64,000 bases of DNA from the NCBI GenBank assembly GCA_951406725.2, contig OX597814.1, forward strand, positions 67,394,001 through 67,458,000. The letters are read 5' to 3'. Both the position numbers and the translations under genes were made by a program. The notes beneath the pieces are model-generated. The model worked only from the letters and a program-made list of their open reading frames with translations, had not been told where the DNA came from and searched no databases. This stretch comes from Octopus vulgaris (taxonomy: Eukaryota). Below are positions 55,078 to 64,000 of the stretch, one piece after another; the stretch's first letter is position 1, and each line of letters starts with the position of its first letter.

Positions 55078-56714
55078 CATCATATATTTGAAAATATAGC
55101 CATGAAACGCGTGTAGTCTTTTTACTACTATTTACTATTTATTGTATTTTATTCATCCGGGACAATAAAAATCTGCAAGATCTACTCAAGATTTCGTAGA
55201 TGATGAGCAAAACTAGATGCTTTTCTTCACAACTTTGCAATCAAAGTAGGTGGCCGGTCAAAACTGAAGCGAAGTAAACAAAAGAAAAAGAAAGTATGCC
55301 TAAATATATACAATCATACACACATATCTATTAATATACTTATCTATACATAACGATTTCTGTGTATGTGCGTGTTTTAGTTTGTTAGATGAATTCATTC
55401 GTTTATCCCCATTATTTTAATCTATAACTTTCATTAATACTTTTAACAAATCGGTCAATAATATAATTCTCCTTCATTGTTAAGGACTTCTTACCAACGT
55501 TCCACAAACTTGTCAATGTTTGACAGTAGAAATCACCGGGTTTTGACTGTAAGAATTCATCGAGCTTATTTTTCAGCTCCACGTTTTGTGGAACGAAAAG
55601 GTTGAATAGCTGAAGATGTTATATCAGGACAATTCGGATGGTGCGAAAGAATTTCCCAACCGAGCTCTTGAATAGCATTTTTGGTGAAATAAATGGCATG
55701 GGGGAAAGTGCTGTCATTGTTGAAGAAGTGCGCCATCTCACTGGTCTGCTCGCTTCAGCTGGATTGCCTCGTTGAGCCGATGCACTGATAGTGTAGTTGT
55801 TTTCAAGTATTTCGTTGAGGATTCACCCTTTCTATTCCAACCAAATGTAGATTATTGCCTTGCTTGGATACAGCTCTGGCTTGGCTCGAATTGTTGCTGG
55901 ATATCGGGACTTAGCCACTCCTTTCTCTGCTTCATATTGACATAAAACACCATACTTTTTTGCCGGTAATGATGCAGTGAAGAAATAATTGTTTGTGTCC
56001 ACAACTTGCCTGGTGTCAAACGAGGAAATTGGCGTCGATAAACGAACGAAATCCGTTGAAATTGGTATATATATATGGGCAACATACACACACACATACA
56101 CGAACGTACGTACACCTATTGCATACATGTTTTTTGTTCGTATACATGTTCGTGTGTGTATGTGTGTGTGTTGCCCGTATATCAATAAAACACTTTTTTC
56201 CACGATGGAAAAAACAACAAAAGTCTTAACAAAAATTTACTCGTTGCAAACAATGGTGATTTCTTCGACTTGAATATTGTTAAAAGTTTTGGTAGAAATT
56301 TTATTTTTACTGCTATTCGCTGGTGCCTCTGAGAAAAATAAGTTGACGAAAATACAGCTAGGGTCATAACGAATGTCCTCCTAAAATTGGAGCGGCATGC
56401 GTGCTAATTTGCGGACGTGCATAAATTACATTCACTTAATCCGCTTGTCTGTCCTTGTTTCTCCCCTCTGTGTTTAGCCCCTTGTGGGTAGTAAAGAAAT
56501 AGGTATTTCGTCTGCCGCTACGTTCTGAGTTCAAACACCGCCGAGGTCGACTTTGCCATTCATTCTTTCGGGATCGATAAATTAAGTACCAGTTGCCTAC
56601 TGGGGTCGATATAATCGACTGGTCCCCTCCCCCAAAATTTCGGCCCTTTTGGCTCGAGTAGAAAAGAATATCAAATACTTTAGTTAATAATTATCTTCCT
56701 TTCTATTTCTCCAG

Positions 56715-56789
56715 TACTCACGAATACGATGTCAAAGGAGTTAGAGTCCCAGGCTGAGGATACAGATAACTATAAGACGGGAATACCAG
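56715..56789 (+). CDS. Duplicate of micro-exon 2804-2878
   Basis: Identical sequence and splice sites. Confidence 0.7.
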
Positions 56790-58937
56790 GTATGGATACA
56801 TCCCATCCGCACACAAATACACTCCATACACCACACACACACAGCCAAGTATACACATTCACACATGTAAATGCGCATTTGAATATGAATGCCTTTCTAC
56901 GGTTGTACTGTTTTCTTAAAACCGCTCGACTTTGGAACTGTCTTCCATCTCAGTGTTTCCTTATCTCTGTGACCCGAACTGTTTCAAGTTTTAACTAAAT
57001 TGCTTCCTTTCATCGCTAATTTCACCATGTTCACACTCCCTTACACTAAGTGTACATTTGGGACATTCTGATTAAAAAAAAAGTGTGTGCATCTATAATC
57101 TATATACTTATGGATAATATCACATTTTTGTGAAGACATCACACATATGATCAGCAGCTGCCCAAAACTGTTATCGAGCTATTACCTCCTGGTGCGACAA
57201 GACGTTGTCTCTAAAACAATGTACAATCGAACACGTACATTCCCATCAAAACGTCTATCAAGTTTAGACATAACAGGCTGGATATTGTTTTTCGATCAGA
57301 AAAGAAAATGTATGTACCACCATAGAGGTTCGCTGCCTTGCTCATGGGAATATCTCTTGGAAAGTCAAAGAAAACTTTTTCAGTTTCCATGAGTAAATGC
57401 GTGAGTGACAATTTGTAAAATCAAGGGTTTTCAGAAAAAAAGAAATCAGCCTAACTCGCATATGGGAAATCCGTTGAAATTGGTATATATATATGGTCAA
57501 CATACACACACACATACACGAACGTACTCCTTATCTCTGTGACCCGAACTGTTTCAAGTTTTAACTAAATTGCTTCCTTTCAGAAAACTATGCATTACAT
57601 TTCTCAAGTTCAAAATGTGAATTTGCTTTTGTTATATGTATTCCAACAATGGTGTTTTGGATCTTTGTAAGATAGCAGATTCTTCATGTCATATATAAAC
57701 ATATATGCATCTCTTATTATAAAAGGCAGATTTTATCTGCCTCCCTTTGTCACTTATAGAAATCTACAATATAGGATTTCTTCAATTACAATTTACCTAG
57801 CATTTTTAAGAGTAGAATGCATCGGGTCATGCCAGGTCCAGTTTTTAAAATTTAAACTCCAATTAAGCAAAATTTACAGAAAAGTCACATTCTGGTGTGT
57901 ATGTCAAATGCTTTTCTTAGTCTGGTTTACAGCACACGCAAACGCACACACACAGTGTACAACGAATAAAGTGAAACTAGATGTAATATTTGTTTCTGTC
58001 TATCACGCTGATAGATACATGAGTAAAATGTATGGCAAGCTAAGAGATAAGAGTGAGTGAAATTGTTCTTGGAAGAGAGTAAATAGCGACAGAGTGATTT
58101 GAGGAAGACTAAACTGAAAGTATGAAACAGTGTTTATGTATAAACAGACGACACTTATATATAGTTATTAATAAATGTATGCATCCGTTTAACCCTTTCG
58201 TTACCAAACCGCCCGAATTTACCTATTCATATTTAAATGAGAATATCAGAGTAAATCTCTTTAGTACATTCGTGAAAACACGTATAACAGGCTTCAAATA
58301 CAGTTTTGTACAAAAATCGAAGTGTAATTTTAATTCCGTGAATTATGGGAGATTTTTTTCCGAAATTTGTTCCTATTGTGTTTTCAAAATTTGTAATTCT
58401 GACAAAAAATGGATACGAATTTCATTATATCAAGCAGCGAGTTAGAATTCGAAGGATTTTCTACTGAAGACCTTCATAAATCTAACTCTATGACTGAAAA
58501 AAAAACCCCATCTTTATATAAGAGTGAAGTTGTGTGTCTGTCTCCTACGATTTAGATTCGTAACTACTCCCACATTTTGCGGTGCAGTTTAACCAAAAGC
58601 GGGTATCTTATAGTCGTGATTCATATCGAGCCCTTCTGGGTATTAGCGCGCGTCTACGATGAGTCTACGATTTAAAAAAAATTTACCATCATATTTTTCC
58701 ATTTTAATGCATTTTTTCCGCTTTTATATAAGGGAAGTAACTCTCTAAAAATATCTACGATGTGTCAACGATTTAAAAAAAAAATTTACCTTAATTTTTT
58801 TTCAATTTTTAATGCATTTTTTTGCTATTTTTTGGCTATAACTCTCTAAAAATGCTTATATAGTTATTTCCCTTACAAACCCGAGCAACGCCGGGCGATA
58901 CTGCTAGTGTGTATATATATGTGCGTGCGTATGTGTG

Positions 58938-58977
<40 letters not shown>

Positions 58978-59498
58978 AATAATAAATCTCTGAACGAGAT
59001 ATAAACAGTAACTGCTCGACAACGTAAGGGGGATCAGCCATCTGAATGTGGCTAGGGACAGGGCGGGGTGGTATTACTGATGCTTTTAGCCCCAGGCGAT
59101 CATCAACGTCACCAGAAGGGCTGACACCACCTCTGAGATATTGTGAGAGGATGGGAGAGGAGAGCTATCAGGATAAAAGGAATAGGGGAGGGATAGAAGG
59201 AAGAGATAAGAATTTAAGGAAGGAATATGTGTGAGAAGTGAGAGGTGGAGTGATATGTTTGAAAGGCACTAAGGTGGGGAGATATGTAAAGAAAATGGTA
59301 CGGGGTGTACCAAAGCGAGAAGTAAACCTATAAATGGGAGAGAAGGATATAATGGTCAAGTTTCTAAAAATAGACGTGGGTATTTATTGTACTAGTTATG
59401 TGTATATGCATTATTGTATAGGCCCGCATACTTATATACCTATACCCATACGCGTATCTGCGTATATATATATACACTCTCATACACACATATCTACA

Positions 59499-59537
<39 letters not shown>

Positions 59538-59769
59538 CGTAAGGGAGATCAGCCATCTGAATGTGGCTAGGGACAGGGCGGGGTGGTGGGGGTGTTACTG
59601 ATGCTTTTAGCCCCAGGCGATCATCAACGTCACCAGAAGGGCTGACACCCTGAGATGGTGTCAGCCCTTCTGGTGACGTTGATGATCGCCTGGGGCTAAA
59701 AGCATCAGTAACACCCCCACCACCCCGCCCTGTCCCTAGCCACATTCAGATGGCTGATCTCCCTTACGT

Positions 59770-59803
<34 letters not shown>

Positions 59804-60292
59804 GATATGTGTGTATGAGAGTGTATATATATATACGCAGATACGCGTATGGGTATACGTATATAAGTATGCGGGCCTATACAATAATGCATATACACAT
59901 ATATATGTATATGTGTGCGCGCGCGTGTATATTTATATACACATCTTTCTTTCTCTCTCTCTCTCTGATTCATTCGCCTCCACTATCACTAACTAGTACA
60001 ATAAATACCCACGTCTATTTTTAGAAACTTGACCATTATATCCTTCTCTCCCATTTATAGGTTTACTTCTCGCTTTGGTACACCCCGTACCATTTTCTTT
60101 ACATATCTCCCCACCTTAGTGCCTTTCAAACATATCACTCCACCTCTCACTTCTCACACATATTCCTTCCTTAAATTCTTATCTCTTCCTTCTATCCCTC
60201 CCCTATTCCTTTTATCCTGATAGCTCTCCTCTCCCATCCTCTCACAATATCTTGACCACCATCTAGCACTCCTTTAAAAAAATTTTTCTTCC

Positions 60293-60323
<31 letters not shown>

Positions 60324-60836
60324 CTCTTCTTTCCTCCCCTATCCTTTTGACAAGTACCATTCTCCTCGTAACATACATATCTATTCTCTTCTGTTTATCT
60401 ACTTAACCCTACCAGTACATTCTCAAAATGTCATTCACACCACAAGACCCTTTTGAATGAACAACACAAGTAATTCATATCTCCATACTATCTACTTGTA
60501 ATAACAAAATATGAACTCCTATCGGAATCGACATAGCATGGACAAGAAGCATTTATACCCATCCTACACAGCGCTTTTCTTGGATGATGGAACTTCAACT
60601 GTAACATCCTACATATATTTTTACTCTTATTATTATTCTCTTATTTTCCTTTATACTTCCTGTAGCCATCCATTTCCAAAATAGCTCCTTATATAACTCT
60701 ACTATTTCCCTCTAGTTAAGTATCTTATATAATTTCTGATGAAGGGATGTCCCTAATATCAGCTGTAAAACTACCTTTCTCTTTGTAAATGTCCTATAAA
60801 TTCCACACAGCCTTGGTTTTGTTCTCATTTTATTTG

Positions 60837-60890
<54 letters not shown>

Positions 60891-61172
60891 GTATTATATA
60901 TTCTGTTAAGAATAGAATAGTAGAGTACAGTATGAAGCTCGTACATTTTCAGATTTCAATATGTGCCAATCAGTAGTAATAAAGCTCGTCTACCTTCAGA
61001 TTTCACCCTGTGTTAGTCAATATATATATATATGTGCGCGCGCGTGTGTGTGTGTGTGCATGTGTGTGTGTGTGTGCATGTGTGCGTGCGTGCGTGTGCG
61101 TGTGCTTGTGCGCGTGTGCGTGCGTGTGTATCTATGTGTCTGTGTGTGCTTATATATGCATATGTATGTGTG

Positions 61173-61225
<53 letters not shown>

Positions 61226-63394
61226 AGTAAGGTTACCATAGGTTTCATGTTAAAAATATATCTTAGTTTTTCAAGCCGATCCCATGGAGAAATTGGTGTT
61301 CGTCTCCATTTTGGATTAAAATATGAAAAAACACAGGAAATCACGATTAAGTCTCACGAGAGATTTTGGTAAACAAAAACAAGGAATGAAGGAAAATAAA
61401 TCTTGGGTAACAATTTTTGGGTGATTATTTCCATCGGGTTTAAGTTTAGGAAAAAAATTGTGCTGAATCATGTTTCTTTGTTATGTGATATCCTGCTATG
61501 GGTAATATTATTATGTTTGTGTACTAGGGGAGTGTACTGAGGGAGCTCAGCATATGTCTTCTACGTGCATGGTTCATATGATGTATATATTAAATATTCA
61601 CGTTCAGAGGAAAAACCTATCCTGGTAGGATTGCCGTGTGGGTTCCTCTTTGAAATGTCGGAGTTTAAAATATTGCCTATGTATGCAGCGAGAGAAGGTT
61701 TCATCCCAAATATTTAAGATGTTACCTTTTGATTGGATGGTGTTTAGCTTTTCAGTAATGGAAAGCTCACATTTGGTACCCCGTCCCATTTATTTTCTGG
61801 CTTTAGCATTAACGCTACCTGTTATTTGGGACTTGCTTACTCTACCTTCTTTCAATGTCCATATCATGTTGGATAAGGATGTCGCGTCTTTTATTTTTGT
61901 CCCTAAAGGACGCCGATTGCTGTGTGTATCTTTCCTTGGATGAGCTGCCCCTCATTCCGATGTCTTTGTAACTCCGTTGGAAGCCATGATTTTCTTGATA
62001 GCTGTTATTTAGAAGGCAGCAGTACGGAGATCTAAATTAGCAGTGTCTTTCAGGTGTATTTTTGGTGGAATTATCTTTATTGTGGTTGAGTATTATCGAC
62101 CCTATATTAGGGAGGCAACTATAAATAACTGTGAAAATTGAATGGTTAAAGAAAATAGAAGATAAGCCCAAATGTAAATTTATCCAATTTGACACAGTGG
62201 AGTTTTAACCCTCCATCTCTAAAACTTTGCTTCAAAAGGCACTTGAAATTAGTAAAGCATATGTTACCATAACAAACATTGATATGGGTATTATTATGAA
62301 CGCAAATCCTTACATATTCACGATAATTCCTATTGGGTTAAAAACAATGGGAATAAGCTATTTGATGTTGCAATGACGGTGTAGAGTTAGCTGATATTGT
62401 AGACCTCTGTAGATAGAAATAAAAAAAAACCAACATAAGATTATATAGGGACAATGTCCTGGGAAGGGTATACAATAAAAACGGACATGATATGAATAGG
62501 ATACGAAAAAAATTGTGCAAGATATTTAGCCGATTTGATCTAAAAACCATAATAGGTAAATACCTTAAAGAAGTCAATTTTCTAGATAATAACATGAACT
62601 TTAGCATAAACACAAAGCAATGACTGAAACCAGTACAAAATAAAAGAAAAATACATACGTTAAGACCGTCAATGAAACATACATACATGCATACACACAT
62701 GATATACATGTCTACATAGATATATGAATAAAATAAATAGATAGATATATATTCATTTATTTACACAATATCACCGGTTTTGATGATGAATCTCATCTTA
62801 TCAAATATTAGTAAAAATTTATAAAAATTTGAAGTAAAAACAGTTTATATTCTGTTCGGGGGCCAAAAACATGTCTGGAGTTTTTTTTCGTTGAAGTCTT
62901 TAAATAAAGATTGGTATAGACTTGAAAGCGTTAGAGAGAAAGAAAGTGGGTATAGTTGGCTATTGTTTTGTAGTTATCTATTGCCTATTGTACTTGGTCA
63001 GAAATAAATCTGCATTACTTGAATTTTCCTAACCTCAAAGGTCTTATTGTTTCACTGATATGGTACATTGTCACAATCTTTCCAGAAAAATCTTGCGTTA
63101 AGACCGTCAATGAAACATTTACTCACATATCCGTGAGCTCTAATAATTATCTGTAAAAATGTGAATTTTCATGTAGGCTAAAAAAGCTGTTGGTTCTGAA
63201 GTAATTACATGTAAATATTCACACTTTCACTGGTTTTGGAAAAGATATTCACATCCATAGAATATCGGTGCATAATAAGTATTCGTAATTTTTGCATTGT
63301 CCCAATTATTTCCTGAGAATAGTTTAAATATGCAATAATTGAATAATAATAAAGGTTTAAATAATATTTGCAAAATTTGAACGGTATTTTATAG

Positions 63395-63448
63395 AAGTGC
63401 TGATATCTGAAAACGAGATGGCACAGAATTTAGAAGAGGATGCTCCAG
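63395..63448 (+). CDS. Duplicate of micro-exon 9481-9534
   Basis: Identical sequence and splice sites. Confidence 0.55.
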
Positions 63449-63477
63449 GTATAAAATCTACCTACCTACCTACCTAC

Positions 63478-63600
<123 letters not shown>

Positions 63601-64000
63601 CTCGTGTGGGACGAGTCGGTTTATCAGCAAAGTCTATCGTCAATATTGTCACGCCTCCTTCCTTCAAACGGGAAGGAAGAGCTATTTTCATCATCCTTGT
63701 GGCTATGACGAAAGAATGTATCTGGTGGACGCGTCTGAAAGGATTGGAGACAAACACTTTCCTCTCTGGTCAATCTCTCATCGACTTCTTCAAGTATCAC
63801 TTGAAAAGGAAAGTGAGAGTAGAGAGGCAAGTTTTGTCTAGCGAATGTTTTAAAAAAAAGATGGCTGAATGTAGCAAGGATGGTACGTATGAATGACGAA
63901 GCCACCTTGAGCATAATCCTATGAACCCGGAAATTTAAAACAGAGGGTAACCTACTTGCAAACAAATGTGGTAACTTGTAACAATGTTGACCGAGTTTAT

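Overview
AT-rich, microsatellite-dense metazoan genomic DNA. The SINE, Penelope and LINE families resemble those I recall from Octopus genomes; the taxon is an inference. Nearly all ORFs in the supplied track are microsatellite artefacts or transposon debris: mariner, piggyBac end, Helitron, CMC-like MITE, Gypsy-type solo LTR, Tx1/L1, RTE, CR1, R4/NeSL-type LINEs, Penelope and tRNA-derived SINEs. Three things stand out. (1) Among the repeats is a dispersed array of about 13 distinct paralogous micro-exons (48-78 nt, phase 1-1, AG...G|GT). They encode ~26-aa mostly acidic modules (consensus ~EFEENxIPEELESEAEETxNLELETP), most share intronic flanks, two are inverted and several are decaying. No start or terminal exon could be assigned. 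(2) About a dozen minimal hammerhead-ribozyme motifs of the Penelope/retrozyme type are present, including a tandem pair with a compensatory U3-A8 core spaced 358 nt apart. (3) Bases 1-~10080 recur almost identically at 53912-64000 (53.9-kb period), either a very recent segmental duplication or an assembly artefact.
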